Positions 27,897 through 37,598 of a stretch of 64,000 nucleotides of DNA are shown piece after piece (the stretch's first letter is position 1; the number at the start of each line of letters is the position of its first letter). The position numbers were made by a program, and so were the translations under genes. Source of the stretch: Candidatus Brocadiia bacterium (GTDB taxonomy: Bacteria > Planctomycetota > Brocadiia > CAIUPP01); assembly GCA_050015075.1 (NCBI GenBank), contig JBEKCB010000010.1:65096-129095 (forward strand), given 5' to 3'. The notes under the pieces are model-generated. The model did not search any database and was not told where the DNA came from. It worked only from the letters and a program-made list of their open reading frames with translations.

Positions 27897-28895
27897 ATGT
27901 CGTCAGTTCAGGTGTTACGGGCGTTCAGCCCGGAAGGGCTGCGCCGGTCCGCTTGCCGCGTGATCGGTCCGGCGCTGATCGCGTTCGTATGCCTCCCGGC
28001 GGCGCTGGGCCTGGCGCAGCCGCAACCGCGCCGGCAGTTGGTCCATGAGCGCACGTCGCGCTACTACACTATCCAAGTGGTGGACTATCCCGACGAGGGG
28101 CGGCGCGTTCTGCTGTTCTCGCGCGCGCGCGGGATCGAATCCTCGATGCTGCTGGCGGACCGCGATACGCTGGACATGGCTTACTGCCGCACGATGGTGG
28201 CGGCGCTCGCGCTGCCGGCAGAGTGCAAGGACGTGCTGCTGATCGGCCTGGGAGGCGCGTCGCTCCCACGGTTCATCCAGAGGCAGTTTCCCGACCTGCG
28301 GCTGGACATCGTGGAGCTGGATCCGGACGTGGTCAAGGTCGCCCAGCAATACTTCAGTTTCAGGGGCTCGCCGAACACGCGCGTGCTGGTTCTTGACGGG
28401 CGCCTGTTCCTGAAACGCATCGAGAAGAAATATGACGTGATCCTGCTGGACGCCTACGCGGGCGACCGGGTCCCTTTCCACATGACGACGCTCGAGTTCG
28501 TCCGCCTAGTCAAGAGCCGCCTGGCGCCCGGCGGCGTCGTCGCGACGAACCTCTGGGATCCGGCCGGGACGCGGTTCCTGGAAGCCGAGAAGAGGACCTA
28601 CCAGATGAGCTTTCCACAGACCTATGTCTTTGACGCGGCCGACTCCGGCAATATCGTCATTTTCGGCACGCTGGATGCCGAAACGGTGGCGGGCAGCGAG
28701 TGGGTACGCCGCGCTCAGAATCTGGCCGCGGGCAGGCGCCTGGGTTTCGACCTGCCCGACCTGGTCCGGACCGAATACGAACGTCTGACGCCGCTCCACA
28801 TTGAGCAGGCGCCGCTGACCGATGATATGGCGCCGGTGGACACGCTGCGGCGGGAGAACCCGCGGCATTTCGAGGAAGGGCAGCCGCCCCCATGA
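27897..28895 (+). CDS. Spermidine-synthase-like SAM-dependent domain protein with N-terminal signal/TM
   Basis: LIGLGGA, IVELDP, DGR and YDVILLDAY motifs; start uncertain. Confidence 0.8.
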   Translation: MSSVQVLRAFSPEGLRRSACRVIGPALIAFVCLPAALGLAQPQPRRQLVHERTSRYYTIQVVDYPDEGRRVLLFSRARGIESSMLLADRDTLDMAYCRTMVAALALPAECKDVLLIGLGGASLPRFIQRQFPDLRLDIVELDPDVVKVAQQYFSFRGSPNTRVLVLDGRLFLKRIEKKYDVILLDAYAGDRVPFHMTTLEFVRLVKSRLAPGGVVATNLWDPAGTRFLEAEKRTYQMSFPQTYVFDAADSGNIVIFGTLDAETVAGSEWVRRAQNLAAGRRLGFDLPDLVRTEYERLTPLHIEQAPLTDDMAPVDTLRRENPRHFEEGQPPP

Positions 28896-29602
28896 CGCCT
28901 GCCACATCGAGCGCGGCTGCAGGGAGCGGAGCCCGGACATGCGTCTTTGCGGCGGCGTTCCTTTCCGGCGCGGCGGTCATGAGCCTGGAGATGGCCGGCT
29001 TCCGCCTGGTGCAGCCGGAGTTCGGAAGCGACATCATAGTCTGGGGCAGCCTCATCAGCGTCTTCCTCGGAGGGCTTGCTCTCGGCGCATGGGCCGGCGG
29101 CCGACTTGCGGACATCCGTCCGGCCCTGTGGAAACTCGGCGCGATCCTGGCCGCGGCGGGGCTTGTGGCGCTTCTGCTGCCGCTCTATTCCGATGCCGTG
29201 CTGCAGTGGACTTTTCCGGCCAGTTGGGCGCCCACTCCTGTCGAATGGAGCACTCCGGGCGCGGAGAGCGACCTGCGGGTGTACATGCCGCCGGACCTGC
29301 GGTGGCCCGCGCTGGCGGCGGGCGCGCTGCTCTTCGGGCTGCCGGCCGTTATACTGGGCATGGTCACCCCTTACGCCGTCAAGCTGCGCGTTCGCGCCAT
29401 GCCGAACCTCGGCGCAGGCGTCGGGACGATCTCGGGCGTCTCGACGCTCGGAGGAATCACAGGCACTCTGGGCACCGCCTTCTATCTTGTCAGTTGGCTG
29501 GGGACGCGCCTGCTGTTCGCCTCGAACGGCATCGTGTTGCTCGTCGCCGGCCTTGCGTTGGTTATCGTGGGCCGGCTCGCGCCACGGACGGCGGAGGAAT
29601 GA
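28892..29602 (+). CDS. Membrane domain of the fused MFS/spermidine synthase family, encoded separately
   Basis: FLSGAAVMSLE, FGSDIIVWG and STLGGITG motifs; ATGA overlap. Confidence 0.8.
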   Translation: MTPATSSAAAGSGARTCVFAAAFLSGAAVMSLEMAGFRLVQPEFGSDIIVWGSLISVFLGGLALGAWAGGRLADIRPALWKLGAILAAAGLVALLLPLYSDAVLQWTFPASWAPTPVEWSTPGAESDLRVYMPPDLRWPALAAGALLFGLPAVILGMVTPYAVKLRVRAMPNLGAGVGTISGVSTLGGITGTLGTAFYLVSWLGTRLLFASNGIVLLVAGLALVIVGRLAPRTAEE

Positions 29603-29643
29603 GCAGTCAACTCGGGGAATAAGAAACGCGCTCCAATAAAGAA

Positions 29644-31047
29644 ATGACAGCGCACTGCATAAACCGGTTGCGAGATTGCAAAAATCGGTCTTTGCCGCAG
29701 CGACGGCGAAGAGGGTCCGCGGCGCTTGCGATGGCGGCGTTCCTTTTCGTCGAAATGGGTGCGTGGGGCGCGACTCTGGAAGTAGGGCCCGGAATGGCGT
29801 TCTCCGGGATCGAGGAGGCGCTGGCGCAGGCGAAACCCGGCGACACGATTCGGGTGCATCCGCTGCCGGAGGGAAAGTCATATCGGAAGGTCGCCCTGAT
29901 GGTTCGGACGGCGAACTTGACCCTGCAGGGCGTCCCGGAGAAGAAGGGCGACCGCATCCGGCTCGATGGCGCGGGCTATGACTATAGCGGCGCCGGCCCT
30001 GTGCCGCGCGCGATCATCCAGTTCAATGCCCGCGCCGACGGCTGCGTCCTGGAAGGGTTCGAACTCTTCAACGCGCACAACGATTCCAACAACGGCGCCG
30101 GTGTGCGCATCAATGCCGCAAACGGCGTGACCATCCGCTCGTGCGATATCCACGATAACGACATGGGGATCATGTCGAACGGCAAGCTCTCCGAGGGTAC
30201 GGGTGCGCTGCAGCGCATCGAGTTCTGCCGGATTCATTCCAACGGCAGCCTGAAGGACCCGGGCTATAACCACAACCTGTATCTCGGCGGCACGAGCGCC
30301 ATCCTTCACGCCTGCGAGGTTTTCGGCAGCCTCACGGGACACAACGTCAAAAGCCGCGCGCATTACAATCGCGTCGAGTACTGTTACGTGCACGACTCAG
30401 CCAACCGCGAGTTCGATCTCGTGGATGAAAAAGGCAACACGGACGTGCCTGAGAGCCATGCCGTGCTCCTGGGAAATATCATCGTCAAGAAACCAGACAT
30501 GACCGGCAACAAAGGGGGCATCCACTTCGGGAAGGACGGTGCGGCGGACCACCGGGGAACGATCTACCTCATTCAGAACACGATTATCACGCCTTACCAA
30601 ATGCCGGTGCTCGACTTATCGGCGGCGGGCGCCGGCGCCGCAATCGTCAATAATCTGTTCTGGGACCTGGGCTCCGGAAACCATGTGCTCGTCGCGGTGC
30701 GCAACGGGGCGGAGATGAGGAATATCAGCGGCAACCACAACTTCCTTGCGCCCGGATTCAGCTTGACGGACACGCTGAAGGGAAATCAGAACGTCATCGC
30801 GCCGAAACCGGAAGCCGTTACGTTCGCCGAGCCACCGAAAGGCGTTTGGCATCTCCGGGCGGGCGACGCGGCGATCGGAACGGGTCTACCGTGGGCGAAA
30901 CTGTCCTTCCCGCTCGCCCCAGGCGAGAACGTGTCGCAGGGGCCGTTGAAGCTGTTCGAGTATTCCGCCCCTTGCGGCGTTGCCCCGCGCTCGGACGGCG
31001 ACAAGCCTTCCCTGGGCGCCTCCGAGATTCCGCCCCCGAAGCAGTGA
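29644..31047 (+). CDS. Secreted right-handed beta-helix protein (pectate-lyase-like fold)
   Basis: PGDTI, NGAGVR, HDNDMGI, HNLY and HNVKSRA motifs; Asn ladder; start could be 29731. Confidence 0.8.
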   Translation: MTAHCINRLRDCKNRSLPQRRRRGSAALAMAAFLFVEMGAWGATLEVGPGMAFSGIEEALAQAKPGDTIRVHPLPEGKSYRKVALMVRTANLTLQGVPEKKGDRIRLDGAGYDYSGAGPVPRAIIQFNARADGCVLEGFELFNAHNDSNNGAGVRINAANGVTIRSCDIHDNDMGIMSNGKLSEGTGALQRIEFCRIHSNGSLKDPGYNHNLYLGGTSAILHACEVFGSLTGHNVKSRAHYNRVEYCYVHDSANREFDLVDEKGNTDVPESHAVLLGNIIVKKPDMTGNKGGIHFGKDGAADHRGTIYLIQNTIITPYQMPVLDLSAAGAGAAIVNNLFWDLGSGNHVLVAVRNGAEMRNISGNHNFLAPGFSLTDTLKGNQNVIAPKPEAVTFAEPPKGVWHLRAGDAAIGTGLPWAKLSFPLAPGENVSQGPLKLFEYSAPCGVAPRSDGDKPSLGASEIPPPKQ

Positions 31048-31059
31048 GCGGTTGCCCGG

Positions 31060-32070
31060 TTAGGGAAGAAAGACGGCCTTGAAAACATCCCCTTTACATT
31101 GCGCCAGGGCGTCCATCGCCTGCTGGCATCCGGCCAGCGGCGACTTGATGTCCACCAGCGTTTCCAGGTTCAGCGCGCCGCGCGCCAGGAGGTCCAGGCA
31201 GGGGGCGTAGGCATTCAGGGACCGGCACGCTCCGAGCACGTTCAGCTCTCGCATGTGGATCAAGCCCATATCCATGGGCTCCGGCTTCCAGATGTAGCTG
31301 AAGATGACCAGCGTGCCGCGTGGACGCAGGGCCGACAGGCCGACGTTCGGCGATGCGCCGGCGCCGGTGGCCTCGATGACAATGTCCACGCCGTCGGCAA
31401 TGCCTTCAGCTTTCAGGACTTCCTGAAGATTGCGATGGTGAGTATTGCAGGTAATCGCCTGCGTCTGAGAAGCGATCCTCGAAAGGCGCCGGTCGTGATG
31501 CCCGGCCACGATGATCTTGCCCGCGCCTCTTGCCCGGGCGATCTGCGCATGGAGGAAACCGAAAGGCCCGTCTCCCAGGATCAGGACGCAATCACCCGGC
31601 GCCAGACCGGCGCGCTGGAAACTTTCGTAGCAGACGGCCGCAGGCTCAGCCAGGCAAGCCGCCGTTGGATTGACCGACGGCGCAACGGGATGAGCGTTGA
31701 TCGCATCAATGACCACGTACTCCGCCCAGCCTCCGGCGACGGCTCCCCAGCCCAGGTGGCGGAAGTTCAGGCAAAGGTGCCCGATGCCCTGCCGGCAACA
31801 TCGGCAAGCGCCGCAGCGCATGACGGGATCGAGCGCCACGCGTTCGCCCAGCCTGCGGCTCTCCACGCCGGGGCCGATCTCGGAGATCATGCCGGCCACT
31901 TCGTGACCGAGGACCAGCGGCGGCTTGGCGGCGAATTCAGACATGTGAAGGTCCGAGGTGCACACGGCGGCCGCTTCGACTCGCACCACCACTTCGCCGG
32001 GGCCGGCCTTCGGATCGGGGAGGTTTTCGACGCTGAATCGCCGCTCACCCTGCCATACGATCGCCTTCAC
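31060..32070 (-). CDS. Zinc-dependent alcohol/polyol dehydrogenase
   Basis: CTSD, GHE, structural-Zn CxxCxxC-x7-C and GDGPFG motifs. Confidence 0.9.
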   Translation of the reverse strand: MKAIVWQGERRFSVENLPDPKAGPGEVVVRVEAAAVCTSDLHMSEFAAKPPLVLGHEVAGMISEIGPGVESRRLGERVALDPVMRCGACRCCRQGIGHLCLNFRHLGWGAVAGGWAEYVVIDAINAHPVAPSVNPTAACLAEPAAVCYESFQRAGLAPGDCVLILGDGPFGFLHAQIARARGAGKIIVAGHHDRRLSRIASQTQAITCNTHHRNLQEVLKAEGIADGVDIVIEATGAGASPNVGLSALRPRGTLVIFSYIWKPEPMDMGLIHMRELNVLGACRSLNAYAPCLDLLARGALNLETLVDIKSPLAGCQQAMDALAQCKGDVFKAVFLP

Positions 32071-33254
32071 TTGCGCTCTCCCGATTCGAGATAGCTCAGG
32101 ACCGTCAGCAACGCCACCCGGCAAGGCGTCAGGAGCCGTTCGAGGCGGACCGACTCATGATCCGAGTGGGCATACTCGTTGTCGAAACCGATGAGGACCG
32201 TCGGAATGCGCGCCAGGGGCACCAGCCGATTGGCATCGGTCACGACGGATGTGCCGGCGAGCGGCATGACCGTCCCTGTCACCGTCTGCCATGCGAGACG
32301 CAAGGCCTGCACGATGCTCTCGTTCGGGCCGACCTGATATGCATCGCCGGTGAGCCGCAAGTCGCATTGAACGGTGACTCCGGGGAACGCGGGCAGTGCG
32401 CCCAACAGTTCGCGCATCTCTTTCTGAACGGCGTCGAAAGAGCGACCGGGATGCCAGCGGCGCGTTCCCTGCAGCGTGCAGGCGTCCGGGGCGCGATTGT
32501 AGAAGTCGCCATAATGCATCTGGCCGATGAACAGCGATTCGGGCCGCAGAAGCCCCTGGCCGGCGGTGCTCTGCCGCAGCAACTGATCCTGGGCGCGCAA
32601 GGCCGCGGCGGCGCGCAGGGCGCATTCGAGGAGATGGTCCGCCTCGGGCGAGCGGTTGAGTTCGTGAGAGGCGGCTTCGGCGCGGCGCAGGGTCACGTTC
32701 CAGATGCACTGGCCCGCGCCGGCCACAACGGCCTTGTCCCGGTTGGAATGATCGCTCTCCATCACAATGGCGGCGTCGGCGGCGATCCCACGGCGGATGA
32801 GATGCGTGAGGGTGGAAGAATCGCCGACGGGGGCCTCGTGCATCCCGTAGGCGGCGACCAGAATCTCGCCAGGAAAGTCACGGCCGGCGGCATTGAGCAA
32901 CCGGAGGATTTCGACGATGACCGCCAGGCCCGATTTCATGTCCGCGCTGCCGCGTCCGCTGATGGTGCGCGCATCGCGCGCGGGCGCGGCGTGGGGCACG
33001 GCGATGTGATCCAAGTGCCCGGCAAGCAGGATTCGCTTCCCGGGCCGGTTTCCCTTCAGCCGGGCGACGACAAAGGGATGTTGCGGATCGGGCGCCTCCG
33101 GTTCCACCTCCGCGCCCGACGCTCGCAACATTTTCGTGTAGACCTGCGCCGCCTGTTGTTCGCATCCGGTGGGGCTGGGGATATTCACCAGCGTCCAGAT
33201 GTCCTCTGCGACGCGTTCCATCCGAATGGAACTGAGAAGGCCGGCGCTCGTCAT
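32067..33254 (-). CDS. M20 family (ArgE/DapE-like) deacylase/peptidase
   Basis: SPTGCE, GHLD, GRGSADMK and AHSDHE motifs; start MTSAG overlaps the upstream stop. Confidence 0.85.
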   Translation of the reverse strand: MTSAGLLSSIRMERVAEDIWTLVNIPSPTGCEQQAAQVYTKMLRASGAEVEPEAPDPQHPFVVARLKGNRPGKRILLAGHLDHIAVPHAAPARDARTISGRGSADMKSGLAVIVEILRLLNAAGRDFPGEILVAAYGMHEAPVGDSSTLTHLIRRGIAADAAIVMESDHSNRDKAVVAGAGQCIWNVTLRRAEAASHELNRSPEADHLLECALRAAAALRAQDQLLRQSTAGQGLLRPESLFIGQMHYGDFYNRAPDACTLQGTRRWHPGRSFDAVQKEMRELLGALPAFPGVTVQCDLRLTGDAYQVGPNESIVQALRLAWQTVTGTVMPLAGTSVVTDANRLVPLARIPTVLIGFDNEYAHSDHESVRLERLLTPCRVALLTVLSYLESGERK

Positions 33255-34297
33255 TCCGCCTCCGGATACAGCAGCATCTTGACCGCCTCGGAGCGCTTCG
33301 TGCGCTCGAAGGCCTCGCGCCAGCGGCTCAACGGCAGCACGCCGGAGATGAGCGGGCGCGGATGGATCCGCCGCTGCGCCATCAGGCCCAGCACCGCTTC
33401 CCAGTCCGGCCGGTTGTGGCCGAACGTTCCGGTCAGCGTCACGGACTTCCGGAGAAGCGGGTCGAGGCTGATACCCACCGGCTCCGGTCCCCAACCGATC
33501 TTGACGATCCGCCCCATGCGGCCGACGGCATCGAGGGCCATGCGCAGCGCGGCGGAATTGCCCGCGGCATCCACCACGACGCCGGCGCCTTCGCCGCCGG
33601 TCAGGTCCAGGATCTGCTGCGATGCTTCCGGCCGCGAGGCGTTCACGACCGCGTCGGCCCAGCCGTTTTTTTCGGCGACGGCGGCGCGGGCGGCGCTCGT
33701 GTCCCGGCAGACCAGGATCACGCGCTCCGCGCCCAGATGCCGCGCCATCTGGAGCGAGATCAAGCCCATCGGGCCCGGCCCGATGACCAGGGCCGTCTCG
33801 CCCGGCTTCAGGCGCGGTCCGCCGGCCAGGGCGTGATGCACCACGCAGAACGGCTCGCACAGCGCGCCCTCTTCGAAGGAGACTTCGGCGGGAAGGCGAT
33901 GCAGGATTTCCTGCCGCACGACGACGTAGCGCGTGAACGCGCCGTCCACTCCGTAGCCGAAGCCTTTCCGGGAAGGGCAGAGCTGGTATTGTCCCTCGCG
34001 GCAGCAGCGGCAGCGGCCGCAGACCACGGCGGAGGTCTCGCTGGCCACGCGTGCGCCGACCTTCCACGCGGCGACGCCGGGGCCGACTTCCGCGATGGTC
34101 CCGCAGAACTCGTGTCCCTGGATCACCGGCACGGAGACGGGGTTGGCCATCGTGTGCCGCCACATCTCGATGTCCCAACCGCACACGCCGCAGAACTTCA
34201 CCTCGATCATGACGCTGCCGGGGACGACCCGCGGCGCCGGGACGTCCCGGATTTCAACCTTGTCCGGGCCTTGATCATATTTGACGACCGCTTTCAT
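33251..34297 (-). CDS. Zinc-dependent alcohol/polyol dehydrogenase
   Basis: CGWD, GHEF, CGRCRCC and GPGPMG motifs. Confidence 0.9.
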   Translation of the reverse strand: MKAVVKYDQGPDKVEIRDVPAPRVVPGSVMIEVKFCGVCGWDIEMWRHTMANPVSVPVIQGHEFCGTIAEVGPGVAAWKVGARVASETSAVVCGRCRCCREGQYQLCPSRKGFGYGVDGAFTRYVVVRQEILHRLPAEVSFEEGALCEPFCVVHHALAGGPRLKPGETALVIGPGPMGLISLQMARHLGAERVILVCRDTSAARAAVAEKNGWADAVVNASRPEASQQILDLTGGEGAGVVVDAAGNSAALRMALDAVGRMGRIVKIGWGPEPVGISLDPLLRKSVTLTGTFGHNRPDWEAVLGLMAQRRIHPRPLISGVLPLSRWREAFERTKRSEAVKMLLYPEAE

Positions 34298-35646
34298 TTG
34301 CGCACCATCGCGAGGGCCTCGACCATGCTCTTCTCGATCAGGGAGACCATCTCGTCGAGGTCGCTCTTCTCCGCGATCAGCGCGGGCGCGACGGCGAACC
34401 AGTCGGGGCTGATGCGCAGGATCAGGCCGTTCTTGAGCGCCGTCTTCTTAAGCGCGTCGCCCAGCTTGCGGCCCGGCGGGAAAGGCTTCAGCGTCTCGGC
34501 ATCCTCGACCAGTTCCACGCCGCGCAGCACACCTTTTCCGCGCACCTCGCGAACGACTCCGTACTTCTTCAACGCCTCCAGTTTGGCGGCCAGGTAGTCG
34601 CCCAGGACGCGCGCCTTGGCGTCAAGCTTCTTCTCGATGATCTCGTCCAGGACGGCAATGCCCGCGGCGCAGGCCAGCGGATTCCCGGCGAAGGTGTGGC
34701 CGTGAGCGAACTCGATGCCGTCCTCGGCGCTGCCGTAAAATGCCTTGGCCATGTCGTCTCTGGCGATCATCGCGCCGAGCGGGACCGCGCCGCCGGCGAG
34801 TCCCTTGCCTGCGCAGAGGATGTCCGGCGTGACGCCGAAGGTCTGCGCGGCGAACATGCGGCCGGTGCGCGCGAACCCGGTGATGATCTCGTCGAAAATC
34901 AGGAGCACGTTATGGCGGTCGCAGGTCTCCCGCAGGATTCTGAAATACTCGTCGGTGGGCGTAATGATGCCCCCGGTGTTGCAGATCGGTTCGATGAGAA
35001 CGCCCGCAACGGTTTCGGGATCCTCGTTGACAATCACGTCGTCGAACATCCGGGCGCTGAAACGATTGGCCTCTTCCCAGGACGGGAACCGGTCGCGGTA
35101 CCATGTGGGCGGGAAAACCTTGAGGAAGCCGGGCATCTGCGGCTCGAACTTGCTCTTGCGGCTTCCGGTGCCGCTGGCGGCCATGGCGCCGAACGTGGCG
35201 CCGTGATACCCGAAGTAGATGCTGACGAATTTGTACTTGCCGGGATGGCCGGTCTGCTTGAAATACTGGCGCGCGAACTTCATCGCCGACTCGGTGGACT
35301 CCGACCCGCCGCTGTAGGGCTTGACGTACTTCAGCCGCCCGGGCGTTACGGAGCCGAGTTTCTCGATGAAATCGAGCGTGACATCGGCGATGCCGTGAAG
35401 CGGCGGGGCGAAGGTTATCTTCTCCATCTGCCGCCGCATGGCCTCCATGACCCGCGGATGCTGATGCCCCAGGACGGCGACGAAGATGCCGCCGATGGCG
35501 TCGAAGTAGCGCTTGCCGGCGGTGTCCCAGCAGTAGAGGCCGTCCGCTTTCTCGAAGACCAGGGGATTCCGGAGAAAGTCGGAAGTCTGCCGATAGTCCA
35601 GGAAGGTGCGCTTGACCAGGTCTTGTTTGCGTTTGCTGAGTTTCAT
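34294..35646 (-). CDS. Class III PLP aminotransferase
   Basis: GGSES, YHG, FDEIITGFARTG, GKGLAGG and HGHTFAGNP motifs. Confidence 0.92.
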   Translation of the reverse strand: MKLSKRKQDLVKRTFLDYRQTSDFLRNPLVFEKADGLYCWDTAGKRYFDAIGGIFVAVLGHQHPRVMEAMRRQMEKITFAPPLHGIADVTLDFIEKLGSVTPGRLKYVKPYSGGSESTESAMKFARQYFKQTGHPGKYKFVSIYFGYHGATFGAMAASGTGSRKSKFEPQMPGFLKVFPPTWYRDRFPSWEEANRFSARMFDDVIVNEDPETVAGVLIEPICNTGGIITPTDEYFRILRETCDRHNVLLIFDEIITGFARTGRMFAAQTFGVTPDILCAGKGLAGGAVPLGAMIARDDMAKAFYGSAEDGIEFAHGHTFAGNPLACAAGIAVLDEIIEKKLDAKARVLGDYLAAKLEALKKYGVVREVRGKGVLRGVELVEDAETLKPFPPGRKLGDALKKTALKNGLILRISPDWFAVAPALIAEKSDLDEMVSLIEKSMVEALAMVRK

Positions 35647-35689
35647 GCTTTTGCCTTTAATTGCCCTTGAGAAATCCGGTTTGTTCCTG

Positions 35690-36769
35690 CTACCGCACTC
35701 TCCTTCGGCCATGGGCCTGTGCCGTGGAAACCGGCTTGCCGCTCCGGGCGGAATCCCGGGCCGCCAGCGAGATGCGAGTGATCTCCATCGCTTCTTCCGC
35801 CGGGACGCCCGCCGGGATTCCTCTTCGGAAACCCTCGACCCAGGCCGTTTCGCGGTCCGGCGGCCGGATCGGGAGCGGGAGCAGCTTGACGCCTTGCGCC
35901 GTATGGACCGCGGCGACGGTCTTGCCGCCGGATGCGGGATCGGCATGGACGACCACGGCGCCGCGCGGCCCGATGATCTCCATCTCCCAGACCGGGTAGG
36001 GGAAACGGTTGCAGAAGTACATGTCGCAGGAGACCATGGCGCCCGTGGCCATGCTCAGGACCATCTTGCCGCAGTCCATGAACGGGCTCGAGGGCGTCGT
36101 GTAGTTTTCATAAAGCGAGAAGACCTGCTTCACCCGCGAGCCGGTCAAGTGCATGGCCAGGTCAACGACGTACCAGGCCAATGACAACTCCGGCCCGCCT
36201 TCCTTCTTCCGGCGATACCAGTCGTTCTTGTGGAAGCCTTCGATGGTACCGTGATGGTGCGCCAGCCGCAGAGCGAACGGTTCGCCGATCAGCCCGCGCG
36301 CGATTGCCGCCTTCGCCGCAAGGATCGCGGGCTGGTAGCGGTCACTGGGCCCGCAGGCGATGTTCACGCCGTGGACTCTGCCGGCCTGAACGATCCGCGC
36401 GGCGTCGGCAAGCGTAGTGGCGAAGGTCTTGGTGATGTAGATGTCCACTCCGAGGCGCGCCAGCCTTTCCGCCCAGTCCGCGTGTTCGCTGTGAGCGCTG
36501 CAGAGAACGACGGCATCCAGTTTTTCCAGGCGGACCATCTCCTCCGCGTTGCGGTACAGCGTCAGCCCGAACCGGTCCGCGTAGGCCTCGGGCGTCATGC
36601 CCAGGTGTTCCAGCACGGCCTTCTCGGGGGATCGCAGCGTGGCGGCGGCGACGAGCTTGGCTCCCTTCGCTTTGGCAAGGCTCTGCGCGAGGGCGATGGG
36701 CCAATACAGCGACGTCAAGCCGGCCATGCCGACTTTCAGCGGGCGCCCGGAGATAGTTTTCGCGGTCAT
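35690..36769 (-). CDS. Gfo/Idh/MocA family oxidoreductase
   Basis: N-terminal Rossmann fold; divergent YITKT in place of EKP; GGPELS motif. Confidence 0.8.
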   Translation of the reverse strand: MTAKTISGRPLKVGMAGLTSLYWPIALAQSLAKAKGAKLVAAATLRSPEKAVLEHLGMTPEAYADRFGLTLYRNAEEMVRLEKLDAVVLCSAHSEHADWAERLARLGVDIYITKTFATTLADAARIVQAGRVHGVNIACGPSDRYQPAILAAKAAIARGLIGEPFALRLAHHHGTIEGFHKNDWYRRKKEGGPELSLAWYVVDLAMHLTGSRVKQVFSLYENYTTPSSPFMDCGKMVLSMATGAMVSCDMYFCNRFPYPVWEMEIIGPRGAVVVHADPASGGKTVAAVHTAQGVKLLPLPIRPPDRETAWVEGFRRGIPAGVPAEEAMEITRISLAARDSARSGKPVSTAQAHGRRRVR

Positions 36770-36770
36770 C

Positions 36771-37598
36771 TCAATCGTTCTCCTTAAGTTTCCTGCGCAG
36801 CGGGTCCGGCAGCGCGCCGGCTTTTTCCAGAAGGCGCGCCATCGTCAGGCCGAGGATCGAGCGCTTGTCCGCGTCGCTCGCCTGGGCGAAGGCCACCGGC
36901 CCGATTCCCACCGACAGCGGGTTGAGGAATCCGTCCGAACCGAGAATGAACTTCCCCGCGCCGGCGTTGGCGATCCCGCGATCGAGCCAGCCCAGCGGCG
37001 CGACGCACCAGATGTTGGCATATACGTTCGCCCGTTCCTTGAGGACGGCATCCGGCCAGCCGCCGCCGTAGTGGCCGAAGATGAAAGTAGTGTCAGGGAA
37101 GGCGGCGGATATCTTCTCGATGACATCCTGCCTCCATGAGTGGTTGAACACGATCATCCCGCGGCGAGCGGCAAACTCGTAGACCGCCATCAGGTTGGGC
37201 CCGTCGCCGGGGTAACGCTCCTGGTAGTCGTTGATGAGCTTCAGCGCCCGGATGCCTGCATCGTAAACGCGGGACAGCTCGTCCAGAATGTTCCCGCGAG
37301 AGTCGTTGGGGTTCACGCAGGCGAAGCCGATGAGCCGATCCGGCACGCGCCGGCAGAGCTCGAGGAGGAAATCGTTTCCGAGCCGGTAGTCCATTCCCTC
37401 GAACATGTACCCGCCGGACTGGACGCAGCAGGCGTCTATGCCGGTAGCGTCCATGGCGGCGACCGACTGCGCGGCCGCTTCATCGGCGTTGGCGAATGTC
37501 GCCGCGTGCCGCCACTCGCCCATGTGGATGTGCCCGTCAATGACCAGGAGGCCGGGCAGCCCGAGGCCGGCGATCCAGTTTTTCAGAATTTCGCTCAT
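36771..37598 (-). CDS. Amidohydrolase family protein (metal ligands present)
   Basis: DGHIH, FNH, GHYG and LGSDG motifs. Confidence 0.85.
   Translation of the reverse strand: MSEILKNWIAGLGLPGLLVIDGHIHMGEWRHAATFANADEAAAQSVAAMDATGIDACCVQSGGYMFEGMDYRLGNDFLLELCRRVPDRLIGFACVNPNDSRGNILDELSRVYDAGIRALKLINDYQERYPGDGPNLMAVYEFAARRGMIVFNHSWRQDVIEKISAAFPDTTFIFGHYGGGWPDAVLKERANVYANIWCVAPLGWLDRGIANAGAGKFILGSDGFLNPLSVGIGPVAFAQASDADKRSILGLTMARLLEKAGALPDPLRRKLKEND

Noticed and set aside
32067-34184. Apparent 705-aa M20 fusion protein
   Set aside because: The N-terminal ~310 aa is an alternative frame over the Zn-dehydrogenase; the real start is at 33254. The same artefact affects 36771-38345 and 44561-46108.
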